Shown piece after piece: positions 38,238-50,950 of a stretch of DNA of 64,000 nucleotides. The stretch is from Yuukianura sp. NJ FZ-2021 (taxonomy: Eukaryota), in the NCBI GenBank assembly GCA_046563655.1, contig CM102285.1, positions 14,322,001 through 14,386,000 on the forward strand, read 5' to 3'. The notes beneath the pieces are model-generated. The model saw only the letters and a program-made list of their open reading frames with translations. It did no database searches and was not told where the DNA came from. The translations under genes and the position numbers were made by a program. Each line of letters opens with the position of its first letter. The first letter of the stretch is position 1.

Positions 38238-41200
38238 ATGGGGTTTGATAGTGTTGGGTTGTTTGTGGGAGTTTGGTTCATCAGTTTACTGATTCTTCCT
38301 TCATCAACATTCTCTGCTACACCTTGCGTCTACGCTAGAATGGATACAGGAGTGCCTGGACTTGGAGGAATTGAAAGAGCGGTATTCAAAAATAAAAACA
38401 GTGTGTTTAGAAAATTCAAGTATTCTTTGACATTTTTTGTACAGGAGGCGCCATTACCCGTAGATACCAACAGAATCGCATGGGGAAAGGAAGGGGTGGC
38501 AAAGCACAACGAATTCCGTAACGAGCTTGGCATTATTGGTGGGAAGCGTTTAAAACACACCCTTTTTTAGTGAGATTGTTTTTCAAATTATTGGAACATT
38601 TTTGTTCAATTTTAGGCGTTCCTGATATCGTATTCAACCGCGAGGTGAGTTTCTTTGAGTTTTAGTTGGAAGCTGGTAACCGTTTAGTAGTCTGATGTTT
38701 CAAAATGACGATAACTTAAGTAGCGAAAGCAGTCGATTTTTTTCAAACTAAAGTCGATTGCTTTATGGCTAAAAATCGATTTTTTCAGATGTGTGAAGGA
38801 GCTCAATGGGTAACAAATAAGCTTACACGTCCTGGAGAACCTTTCGTCCGCGCGGGTGAAATGGATTCCGTTGTCATGAGATGTTCAGATTTCATATGCC
38901 AGAGGCAAGCACAAAAACCCGCCTTGGCCAGTGAAATTTCAAATTGTTGGCTGAACAAAACGCAGGAAGTAATTGAAATCTTAACAGGTCAGTTTGAGCA
39001 AAAACAAACTTGTGCTCCGTCATTTAAAAAAAAATGGTTCAAAGATACCGCATTTCCTCGCTTATTATACGCCGCGTATTATCTGTGAAATTAAAAAAAA
39101 AAAATTGAACCAAAAAATATAGTTTTTTTCCCGCTGAAAACTGGAGTTTCGAAAGTTTGAACATAAGATATTGCTTCAGAATTACTATCACGTTCAAGTT
39201 TAGGTGTAGGTATTCTTGCTATTGAGGTACCGTAAATGCTCTAATGCAAGCGCGTATTCTAATATAAGCGCATACTCTAATGCAAGCGCGTTTTCAGCGG
39301 GGGCAAATTGCGATATAAGCGCGGTAGCTAACTTGAGTTTAAAGCAGAGCCTAGAGCAAAGTGACTTAATCTGTTTAACTTCTATGTTGCTAATTTGACT
39401 CAAATCAAAATGTAGCACTTAAATACAAGTTTTAAAAATGGTGTAACTAAAAGACGATTCTTTGATCTCAGTTATAAGTTAAAAGTGGTTCAGTACGCTT
39501 CTACTAATACCACGGATGGTACCGCAGCTCACTTAAGAATACACCGAAAACAAGTCTTCAGTTGGCTGAAGCAAAAGGATAAAATCGGTAAAAATTTAAC
39601 TAATTTTAGCTTTCGACTCGAGAAAACAACTTTCTAAAGAAGCAGACAAAATGGTTTACGATTGGATTTTAAATCAGCGCACCAACCAGCAAAGTGTCTC
39701 CTTCAAATCGATTCGTGTGAAAGCTATTAGGGAAGTCTACTCTGCAGTGCTTCAAACAAACGAATTTCAGGCCAGCAGTGGTTGGCTACAAAAATTTATG
39801 AAGCGCTATGACCTCAGTTTGAGAAAGAAAACGTCGTTGGCTCAAAAAGATACAAATTCGTTATTTGAGAAGCTTGTTGAGTTCGTCATGTACACTTCCA
39901 ACCTCGGTGTTAGGAATAAAATTTCCAACCCAAATATTATTGCCATGACTGGAATATTTTTTGACATCCAAGTATTACTACAGTGGGCACAGTTGGAGGA
40001 GGCTTGAAGAAAGCAACAGTGACACCAGCGACGAATGGGATCACTATTAATTCAATTTTGGCTCACTTAAAACTTATTAATTATTCCGGTAATAAATAGT
40101 GTTCTAATACAGGCGCGTCCGAAAGGTCGAAAATTCTTATAAGCGGCGCGCTTATATTAGAGCATTTACGGTATGTTTGGGAAATTCTTATTGAGTCTTA
40201 TACGCGAGTGCGTCTTAAAGGCGAGGAAATACTGTATGTTTTTTCTTTTTCAGCTGCGAGAGAAATGTGTATCACCTACAAACATAATGAAATGGGAGTG
40301 TATTACTATACTGTTCACTTCTTTCCACTACCACCACCACCAACACCACCACCACCACCAATAAGAACTCCACCTTGCGTATACGAAAACGGAAAACCTG
40401 TGGTCGGTTTCAAAAAATTATAAGAAAATTGAAGACTTGTGTTGGAAAATTCAAACATTTGTACTTTTTAACAGGAGGCACCATTTCCCAATGATGGTAC
40501 AGACAGGATCGCATGGGGGGAGGAAGCGGTTGCATCGCATAACGAAGTTCGCAAGGACCTAGGTCTTATTAGTTGTTTTAAAGAGACACAAATACAAGTT
40601 GGCTGGTTTTTAAATGAGTCGTTTTCAAATAATTGGAATATTTTTTGTTAAATTTCAGGCCTTCCTGATATCGTTTTTAACCCCAGGGTGAGTTAAATTG
40701 GAGGGTGTTAACCGCTAATCGTGTTTTAAAATGGCGATAGCTAAGGGCCCGATGAACTCGATTGTTTTAAGACTAAAATCGATTTTTTTTCAGATGTGCG
40801 GAGCTGCTCAATGGGTATCTAACAAGAATGCACGTCCTGGAAGTTTCACTCGCTACCGTGCAAGTCAAATGGATTCCGTTAGCATGCAATGCGCAGATGC
40901 TCAATGTATGACTGGCTCAAACCCACCCATAGTCACCAGGGCGAGTGACATTTTCAAAACTTGTTCGCTGGGCTCATTCCCAGAATCATATGAAATCTTA
41001 ACAAGTAAGTTGTAGCAAAAACAAATTCACGTTCCGTAATTTAAAAAAAATTCTTCCAAATGTCTTTGTTCTCTTTTTCAGCTGCGAGAGAAATGTGTAT
41101 GACCTACTCATTTGATGGAGAGAATACGTTTTACTATATTGCTCACTACTTTCCACCACCACCAAGTCCGTTTGTGACAAAAACGTGTTTTTTTAAATTC

Positions 41201-41408
41201 AAGCTCTTTTCTTGAAAAACGAAATTTATCATGTTGATTTTGATTTTAAACAGAGCCTCATGATTCTGGTTATGTTGCTCCAGAATTTGACATTGAGCAC
41301 TATCCAACACCAAATCCACATGATCCTACACGAAGGCCACGCGATCCAAAAATCCCTACTGCTCCACCTTGCATCTACGAAAATGGAAAACCTATTATAT
41401 GTACATAG
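38238..41408 (+). CDS. Divergent CAP-derived secreted protein A: two domains, Pro-rich linker and the stub of a third domain
   Basis: Signal peptide, then two rounds of the exons EAP..DRIAWG.E.V..HN..R | G.PDI.FN | MC..AQWV.NK...C....C...C...LT | AAREMC.TY...YY..H.FPPPP. Ends PPCIYENGKPIICT*. Intron 4 holds nested transposons. Confidence 0.75.
39048..40234. mobile_element. Outer non-autonomous TA-flanked DNA transposon (Tc1/mariner-pogo type) in CAP-A intron 4
   Basis: TA|CCGCATTTCCTCGC ... GCGAGGAAATACTG|TA inverted ends. The homologous intron in the paralogous domains lacks this insert. Confidence 0.75.
39230..40171 (+). mobile_element. Internally deleted pogo-family transposon nested in the outer element; transposase remnant (Brinker-like DBD plus CENP-B HTH, DDE domain missing)
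   Basis: TA|CCGTAAATGCTCTAATGCAAGCGCG ... CGCGCTTATATTAGAGCATTTACGG|TA; subterminal CTAATRYAAGCGC repeats; KRRFFDLSYKLKVVQYA...RKQVFSWLKQ and VYDWILNQR...FQASSGWLQKFMKRYDLSLRKKTSLAQK. Confidence 0.88.
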
Positions 41409-41632
41409 AACTGAACATTGTAAACAAATACGGAAGAAAACTAGTGTCAAGGGCTTTTAACCCTAATTTAATTAACCTGACCGGTTGACCAATTATAGAA
41501 TTAGGGAGGTCGATAAGTTAGAAAACTTAAGAGAGGCATGATACCTTCTAGTTATAATTTAAGTGGACACGGAAGAGACAAAAAGAGTGAAAAAAACAAC
41601 AACAGAATTTGCGACAATAGTTACGTGATTAT

Positions 41633-41828
41633 TAGACATGCCACAAGTATTTACTAAAAACCCTCGAAATATTTAAACATTAAATATTTTTCATCAAAAG
41701 CCTCAAAATATTTACTTAATTAACATTAAGGGATGGGAAAATCAATAAATATTTAGTAATAAAAATGCCCAAAATATTGATTTTGTTAACATTACAGGTG
41801 TGGGAACTAAATATTTTTGGCATGTCTA
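41633..41828. mobile_element. 196-bp MITE with TAG-starting TIRs and a 6-bp target duplication (hAT-like)
   Basis: gattat|TAGACATGCCACAAGTATTTA ... TAAATATTTTTGGCATGTCTA|gattat. Confidence 0.75.
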
Positions 41829-42349
41829 GATTATGAGATCATATCTCGATTTAGGCAAAAGACAACTCTGGAAATAAAAAAATAAAGGAATTTTTGCTAA
41901 ATCTTTAACAAAATTGAAAAAGCTCGAGTTATTGACAGACCTGTTGAAAAAAACTATTTTCTTTTTCACGAACCTTGGCCATGATTAGTCGGTCCGCAAT
42001 CAATTAAAAAATTAATTGACGCCACTATTAGTCGGTCCCAGATCAATTGAAAAGTTAATTATTGAACAATAGATGCTTACTAACTGTCGCTTGTTATATT
42101 TCCGAAGGTGAATATTAGGTTATTCGCATGAAATAATAATAATTGTTAGTCGCCATTGATTACCACAAAAATTCCCATTCTGAAAGTGAAATTCACAGTG
42201 TTAATTACAATCTTAATTAAACAATCTTACCAAAAGAGGAGGTGAGCCAGCCAAAAGCTGATTTCAGATTCGGAATCTACACCAAGAAATTGGTAAAAAA
42301 CGAATTTTTAATGTTAAAAAATCGCAACTCCGTTTTGTCAAAGTTTCCA

Positions 42350-44576
42350 ATGGGTTTTAGTAGTCGTGGGTGGTTGGTTGGCGTCTGGTTCATAAGTCAA
42401 CTGATTCTTCCTTCATCAACACTATCAGCTACACCTTGCGTATACGAAACCACAGAATCAAACCAGCTAGAGAGAACTTCAAGAGTGGTAATCAAAAATA
42501 AAAATTTGTGTTTAGAAAATTCAAACATTGACATTTTTTGTACAGGAGGCGCCATTACCCGTAGATACAGACAGAATCGCATGGGCAAAGGAAGGGGTAG
42601 CAAAGCATAACCAATTTCGCAAGGAGCTTGGCATTACTGGTTAGAAGTGTTTTAAAAAGAAACACAAAGTGCTAATGCGAATGTTTTTCAAATTGTTGCA
42701 ATATTTTTGTTCAATTTCAGGCGTTCCTGATATCCTATTCAATCCCGAGGTGAGTTTAAAGAGTTAGAGGGTGACAACCATGAACAGTCTGATGTTTCAA
42801 AATGGCGATGACTATAATTGTCCAAAGCACTCCATTGCTTCGAGACTAAAAATCGATTATTAAATCGGTTGATTTAATTATCCCATTGACTAAAAATCGA
42901 TTATTTGCAGATGTGCGGAGGTGCTCAATGGGTATCAAATAAGCTTACACGTCCTGGAGAACCTTTCGTCCGCGCGGCTCAAATGGATTCCGTTCTCATG
43001 AAATGTGCAGATTTTATATGCCAGAGACAAGCACAAATACCCGCCTCGGCCAGTGAAATTTCAAATTGTTGGCTGAACAAATCGCAGGAAGTAATTGAAG
43101 TCTTAACAGGTGAGTTTGAGCAAAAACAAACTTGTGCTCCGCAAAATGCTTCAAATGTAACTTTTTCACTTTTTTTTAGCTGCGAGAGAAATGTGTATCA
43201 CCTACAAACATAATGAAATGGGAGTGCATTACTATACTGTTCACTTCTTTCCACCACCATCACCACCACGTCGTGCTCCACATTGCATATACGAAAACGG
43301 AATACCTGTTGTAAGTTTCAAAAAAAGTACTCACGAGGAGAGGCTTTCAAACATTTCTCAAATTAAGTTATAGGACTAGTCGCCAAAAATTTCTTCTAAT
43401 TAAAGAAAACTTTTGACACTATTACTTTCGTTTCAAAACGCGAAAAAAGTGTCAGAATTTTTCTTTAATTATAAGAACTTTTTCACGACTGGTCCCATAA
43501 TTTATTTTGAGAGACGGTTGAAAGCCTCTCCTTGTCAGTACTCAGAAATGAAGACCTACGTTGTGAAAATTCAAACATTTTGTGGTATTTTTAACAGGAG
43601 GATCCATTACTCATGGATGGTACTATAGACAGAATCGAGTGGGCAAAAGAAGGGGTTGCAAAGCATAACGATTTTCGCAAGAAGCTTCTTAAAATTACTG
43701 GTTATAAAATACACAAAAACAACTTGTTAGGTTTTTAATCCTTTTCAAATTAATGAAATTTTTTTGTTCAATTTCAGGCGTTCCTGATATCGCGTTCAAC
43801 CCCAAGGTGAGTTGAAGGGTTGGACGGCTAAAAACGGCTAATCGTCTTATTATTGTTTCAAACTAGCGATAAATGTGCGAACCACTCGATTTGTTTTGAG
43901 TCTAAAAGTCGATTACTTTGTGACTTAAAATCGATTATTTTCAGATGTGTGGAGGTGCTCAATGGGTAACAAATAAGCTGGCACGTCTTGTAGAACCTCC
44001 CTTCGGTGCGAGTCAAATGGATACCTTAAGCATGCAATGTTCAGATCTTAATTGCTGGTTATCAAATACCACTGTAACCGTCTCGGCGAGTCACGTTTCA
44101 GATTGTTGGCTGGAGGGAACGCAAGAAGAAAGGGCCATCTTAACAGGTCAGTTTGAGCAAATACTCAGTTTGAGTGTTCCATAATTTTAAAAAAGGTTGT
44201 TCCAAACGTGTTTGTTCTTGTTGTTCAGCTGCGAGAGAAATGTGTATGACCTACACTGGTAATGGAAACGGAATCTTTTACTATACTGCTCACTTCTACC
44301 CGCCACCACCAAGTCCGTTTGTGATAAAACATTTTTAGTTTAAAACAAGTTCTTCTCTTCTTGAAAATCATAATTTTCCAAGATTGTTTTTAAACAGAGC
44401 CTCATGATCCTGGTGCTGTTAGTCCTCCAGTAGGTGGGCATTATGCAACACCAACTCCACGTCCACCACCAATTGCACGTCCACCACCAACTACTCCACG
44501 TCCATCGCCAACTACTCCACGTCCGCCACCACCGACGAAGCCTCCTCCTCCGCTAGATTTTGTGATTATTACTTAA
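42350..44576 (+). CDS. Divergent CAP-derived secreted protein B: two domains plus Pro/Thr/Arg-rich tail
   Basis: Ten exons with the same module; ends ...PTPRPPPIARPPPTTPRPSPTTPRPPPPTKPPPPLDFVIIT*. Confidence 0.78.
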
Positions 44577-45686
44577 GTTAGTTTATTGGTTACGTTTAGT
44601 TCGGTTGGGATGTAGCGAGATTAAGCGCGTGGAGATTTGAGATACGGTGTAGTGAGGAGAAATATTTTTAGGGCGTTTTAGTGTAAGTAATAGAGTGAAT
44701 TGGATATTTGTGTTAGAGAGAGTTAGGGCGATCAGAGACAAAAAGTTATGATTGATACTTATTAGCAGTTAGTATTCATATATTCATTAAATAATATTTA
44801 TCCATCGATGCTTCATCTGATTGCGTCTAAGAAAACGGAAATTCTTTTTTTTAGTTTTTCAACTGTTTTAAAAAAAACAAATGTACTATTCTGGGTAGCA
44901 TTGCTGATTGCCGCTGACCTCCAATTTGTTGTTAGCGGTTTGGCTTTGACAACACGAATAAGTTCAAGAACTCATAATAAAATCAGCAAAAAACCTTGTA
45001 ATGGAAACAATGAACATTATCAGTTGAAGGCACGATTAGACGGTGTACGATCAATTAAGAAATTAATTGCGCCCTTGATTCAAGGTTGGTCCCTGTAGTT
45101 AGGAAATAGTTTTCTTTGACAAGTTTTAGACAAGGGGTACGTTTTTCAAAAAATTCACAGCATGCATGAACTTCTCTGCTTCAATCTCGTTTAATAACAT
45201 ACAAATAATTGCTATAGACCGTGAAACCAATTGGCGTTTTTAACAAAATTTAAGAAGTGTCAGTTATTGCCAAACCGTTCGAGAAAAAAAAATCTCGTTG
45301 TTTGCGAACCTTGGCCACGATTAGTGCGCCCAAAATCAATTGAAAAATTATTTGACGTCACGATTAGTCGGTCACCAACTGAAAAATTAATTGAACAATG
45401 GATACTAAGAATTATCGTTCTTTGTATCTCTGCGTCGAAGACGCGTATTAGGTGATTAGTGTAAAATGGCAATAATTGTTGGTCGAAATTGATTACAAAA
45501 TAAAAAATTTCATTCTGTACGTGGAATTCACAGTGTTAATTACAATCTTGATTAACCAATCTTACGAAACAGTGGGTGAGTCCACCACAAGCAAATAAGT
45601 AGATTTGGATTATGAACCAAGAAATTGATACAAAAAGAATTTTTATTTCACAAAAATTGCAGTAACCTTTTGCCGATTTTTTCCCG

Positions 45687-48600
45687 ATGGGTTTTGGTGG
45701 TTGTGGTTTGTTGGTTGGCGTTTGTTTCATCAACCAGATGATTCTTCGTTCATCAACACTGTCTGCTACACCTTGCGTGTACGAATTTGGAATAGTTGCA
45801 GTCAGTTTTTTCAAAAATATATAAAAATTATTCCGAAATACGAATGTTTGGTAGAAAAATGAAACATTCTGAGACATTTTTTAACAGACGGCGCCATTTC
45901 CCTGGGACGGCGTAGACAGAACCGCATGGGGAATGGAAGGGCTCAAATATCAGAACGAATTTCGGGAAAGCCTTGGTCTTGGTTAGAAACGTTTTTAAAA
46001 CGACACAAAACACTTTGGTTTTGAATACGAAATTTTACCAAATTCTAGTCATATTTTTTGTTTAATTTTAGGACTTCCCCCTCTCGTATACAACTCCCAG
46101 GTGAGTTGATGACTGGGGACTGTAAATCGTATGCTGTTTCAAAATGCCCGGCGGGCTGCACTAAAAATCGATTACGTGGTGACTAAAATCGATTCCTGAG
46201 TGAATAAAATCGATTATTTTTAGATGTGTGGAGGCGTTCAATGGGTAGCAAATAGACTTGCACTTCCATGGACACCGTTCGGCTTTTCGTCCGAGTTCCT
46301 ATTCGTTCAATCTAAATGTGGTGAACTAATATGCAGGAGTGCCAGACTTGCCTCGGCGAGTGAAGCTGCAAAGCTTTGCGGACTGGACAAGCTCGATCCC
46401 AAACTGACAAAGGAACTCATGATCGGTAATTTTGAACATGAAATTATTATTCCGCAGTTTTTCAATATAGAAAGTCGCTCCAAATGTCTTGTTCTGTATT
46501 TTAGCTGCGAAAGAAGTGTGTATCAGCTACGCGTATAATGGATTTGGGACGTATTACTATGTTGCTCACTACTTTCCACCACCACAACGACCTACTCCTC
46601 CAATGTGCATATTCGAAAATGGAAAACCCGTGGTAAATTGCAAAAAACTATAAAAGTATTAAAAAATAAAGACATGTTAATAAAAAATATTCTGGGACAT
46701 TGGTAACAGACGGCGTCGGCGCCTGTTCCCAATGATTTAATAGACAGAGTCGCGTGGGGGAAGGAAGCGGTCAAATATCAAAACGAATTTCGCCAATCCC
46801 TTGGTTAGACATTTTTTTTTAAAAACGACAAAAAACACTTTTTTAATACCACGTTTTTCCAAACTTTTGGAATATTTAAGTACTTTTTCTGCACTAATTA
46901 CAGGACTTCCTCCTCTCGTGTACAACCCCCAAGTAAGTTGAAAGTCACAGCGTAAACACTAGGCTGTTTTGAAATGAATACTTAAAGTGCTCGACCCACT
47001 GCACTTAAATTCGATTACTTAGTGACTAAAATTCGATTATTTTCAGTTGTGCGGAGGCGTTCAATGGTTCACAAATAAGCTTGCAACTTTGGGAACACCG
47101 TTCGACTTTTCGTATAAACTTCCATCCGTGGAAACGAAATGTGCAGAACTAATATGCAGGAAAGGAACAGCCTTTACCTCGGAGCATTGGGTTGCAAAGG
47201 AGTGTGCGCTGGAACTGGCCAATGATAAACTCGGAAAGGAACTCATGACGGGTAATTTTGATTTTTGAACAAAAACTCATCATTCCGTAATTTTTCAAAA
47301 AAGAAACTCGCTCCAAATGTCTTGTTCTGTTTTTCAGCTGCGAAAGAAGTGTGTATCACCTACACACGTTATTTCTTCGGAGAGTTTTTCTATGCTGCTC
47401 ACTACTTTCCACAACCACAAAAACCACCACCACCAAGTCCTGCTACTTGTGTATACGAAAAAGGAAAACCAGTGGTCAGTTTCAAGAAATTCTAAGAAAG
47501 TACTCAAGAATGAGAATCTGTGATGGAAAATTCAAATATTCTTTCACATTTTATTTTGTACAGGAGGCGCCATTGCCCGTTGATGTAGACAGAATAGCAT
47601 GGGGAAAAGAAGGTGTTGCAAGGCATAACCAATTTCGCAAGGAGCTTGGCATTACTGGTTAGAAACGTTTAAAAAAAACTAAAGCAACATGCTTGGTTTT
47701 TAGTGCGACAGTTTTTCAAATTATGGGAATATTTTTGTTCAATACTAGGCGTTCCTGATATTGCGTTCAACCCCAAGGTGAGTTTAAAAGAGTTGGAGGC
47801 TGATGAAACCGTTACTCGTCTGATGTTTCAAAATGGCAATAACTAAGTCCGCGATGCACTTGACTGATTTGAAGACTAAAATTCGATTACTTTGCGACTA
47901 AAGAACGATTTCCTTGTAACTAAAAATCGAATACTTTGTGACTAAAAATCGATTTCTTTCAGATGTGTGGAGGAGCTCAATGGGTAACAAATAGGTTTAC
48001 ACGTCCAGGAGAGCCTTTCGTCCGTGCGGGTCAAATGGATTCCGTTAACATGAGATGTACAGATTTTATATGCCAGAGACAAGCACAAAAACCCGCCTCA
48101 GCCAGTGAAATTTCAAATTGTTGGCTGAACAAAACGCAGGAAGTAGTTGAAGTCTTAACAGGTCAGTTTGAATAAAACCAAAAAATCAATTCGTGTTATC
48201 GCGTTCCGCAATTTAAAAAAAAATGTTTCAAATGTCTTTGTTCTCTTTTTCAGCTGCGAGAGAAATGTGCATCACGTACTCACATAATGAAATGGGAACG
48301 TACTACTATACTGTTCACTTCTTTCCAACAAAATCACCGCCAACCTCACCACCACCAAAAACAACGCCACCACCAACAAAGCCACCAGCAACACCAGCAC
48401 CAACAACACCAAGGCCACCATCGAGAGGTCCTCCACCTTGTATATACAAAAACGGAAAACTTATGGTCAGTTTAAAAAATTTAACAAAGATACTGAAAAC
48501 TGAACAGAAGACCTGTACTGGAACATTTAAACTTTTTAAAAAACAAAACTTTTCAAACTTTTTTGTGTCATTTTTTACCAGAGTGACCCATTTCCCAATG

Positions 48601-49547
48601 ATGGTACAGACAGGATCGCATGGGCAAAGGAAGGGGTTCCAAGGCATAACGAACGTCGCAAGGAGCTTGGCATTACTGGTTAAAAGCTTTTTTTTTAAAA
48701 ACACAAAAGCAATTTGCAAATTTGCTGTTTTTAAAGAGAATGTCTTTCAATATTTTTGTTCAATTCTAGGCCTTCCTGATATCGCATTCAGCCCCGATGT
48801 GAGTTTAAGAGCCGCAGGCTGACAATAATTAATCGTCTCATGTTTCAGAATTAATGATAATGCCAGCAGCACACGATTCTTTTGAGACTAAATCGATTAC
48901 TTTGTGACTAAAAATCGATTATTTTCAGTTATGCGGATCGGCTCAATGGAGGACGAATAAATTTGCACGTCATGAAGAAAATGATTTGCGCGGGGACTCC
49001 ATTTACGAGGAATGTGCAGCTCTTGCATGCGTCTCTCTGCCGGCAGACAAACTCAACATTGCGAGTAACGTTTCTAATTGTATGATGACGCAAACTGACA
49101 TGAAAAAATTAGTTGATGTCTTAACAGGTCAGTTTGAGGAGAAACAAATTCGTGTTCCGTAATTTAAAAAAAAGTTGTTCGAAACGTCTTTGTTCTCTTT
49201 TTCAGCTGCGAGAGAAATGTGTATCACGTACGCACATGATGATCAGAAGGGAGTGTGGTACTATATTGCTCACTACTATCCACCACCACCAAGTCCGTTT
49301 ATTATGATCACACATTTTTTTTCAAATTCAATTTCGTTGGTTGAAAAACTTAATTTTTCGTTTTTTTTTAACAGAGGGTCATGATCCGGGTTCTAGTTAT
49401 CCAGAAGGTAGAGGTGTGTACTATCCAACACCAACTCCACGTGCACGAACAACTTTACAGGCACCACCTCCGGCGGCGCCTCCTCCACCTCCACCTCCTC
49501 CTACTCCTGCTCCTCCTCCAGCTCTAGGTTATACTTTTATTGTTTAG
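45687..49547 (+). CDS. Divergent CAP-derived secreted protein C: four domains with Pro-rich linkers and tail
   Basis: Signal peptide plus four rounds of the 4-exon module (large exons start about 46223, 47047, 47963 and 48929); ends ...PPPPPPPPTPAPPPALGYTFIV*. Confidence 0.78.
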
Positions 49548-49770
49548 GTTAGTGAATTGGTTGTTAGGCTAGGTTGAGATGTGGTGAGATGAGTGCTGGA
49601 GATTTGAGTTCATAGCGATGTGGTGAGGAGAGATAAACGGATACACCCAAGCTTATTAAAGGACGAGAGGAAAAAAACTTGAAAAAGAGATGAAAAGAGA
49701 CAAAAAATCTCCGTGTTTGGTCAGCCCCCTGCAATCAGCACCATTAGCAACCAACGCAATTTTTTGTTTG

Positions 49771-49911
49771 TGACGTCACCAGCTGAAAAAATACCGTAAT
49801 CGTGATATTTTAACCCGCAGGCATCTATGTAAACAAGATGCGGTTTGCGGGTTTCTATAGGACACCATCATTAATACGCAGAATTCCGGTATTTTTCAGC
49901 GGGTGACGTCA
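49771..49911. repeat. 141-bp imperfect hairpin bounded by TGACGTCA palindromes
   Basis: TGACGTCACCAGCTGAAAAAATACCG ... CGGTATTTTTCAGCGGGTGACGTCA, with an inner stem AACCCGCAGGCATCT...AGATGCGGTTTGCGGGTT. Confidence 0.75.
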
Positions 49912-49975
49912 TTTTTTTTTCCACATGGCAACCAAAGAAACTTTCTATCCGCACTACCTAGTAGTATTCTATTTA

Positions 49976-50381
49976 CTGTTCAGATCAAATAAGAAACCGC
50001 AAAAACACCTGCACGTCGCTATGTGCTTTTTTCCCATAAGAAAAAAGAAGCTACTCACTCCTGCCTTCTTTCCCTGAGAAAAGAGGGAAGATTCTTTTTT
50101 GACAGCGAAAAGGAAGAGAATTTCCAGTTGCGCGGCTTGCAGGTGTTACCGCCAATAAATGATTTTTTTCTAAAGGAAGAACTCACAAAAAAAAATAGTT
50201 TCTAGAGATAACACCTGCATGCCGCGCAATTTCTAATTCTCTTCTTTTTCGCTGTCAAAAAAGAATCTTCCCTCTTTTCTCAGGGAAAGAAGGCAGGAGT
50301 GAGTAGCTTCTTTTTTCTTATGGGAAAAAAGCACATAGCGACGTGCAGGTGTTTTTGCGGTTTCTTATTTGATCTGAACAG
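49976..50381. mobile_element. 406-bp foldback MITE with near-perfect arms of about 170 bp, TA-flanked
   Basis: TA|CTGTTCAGATCAAATAAGAAACCGCAAAAACACCTGCACG... mirrored by ...CGTGCAGGTGTTTTTGCGGTTTCTTATTTGATCTGAACAG|TA. Confidence 0.9.
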
Positions 50382-50950
50382 TACCTTCGTGTTTGGTGGG
50401 AATTTTTTTTTGATCTTTTTTAAATTTTCTTTAGTGTCTTTCTTTAGGAAGCCCCAGATAGCGGATTTTTGTGTATAGTTTATGTTATGCTTCCTTACGT
50501 ATACGCTTTGATTTATATTTTACTTGGATTTGGATTCTTGTTTTTAAGAAAAGATTTTTTTCAAATTCCGTTTTTCGTGCAAAATTAGAACTTATTAGAC
50601 TAACTTTGACGTTGATTTAATTCAATAGCGATTCATTTTTGAAATTTTTAAATATCTTGACCGTGAAACAACTGAACAGTATAATTAAATGCCGACTAGT
50701 TTACCTGACCATTCTCTAAGACGTTTTTATTTTCCAGGAAGCACTTTATCGGCCTTTCAATCAACATTAAACAGACGCTATGCATATTATATATGATGCG
50801 TATAGGGAACAAAAGAATTTAATTGAGGTTAATTGAGCTGAAATTAACCTGCTTCAATCAAAGTCCTGTTAAACAGATTTAATACCTTTTAGTGCTGATT
50901 TAGAATCCCATCAGTGTTGAATGTTAGAAATATTTGAAAAAACTACAAAA

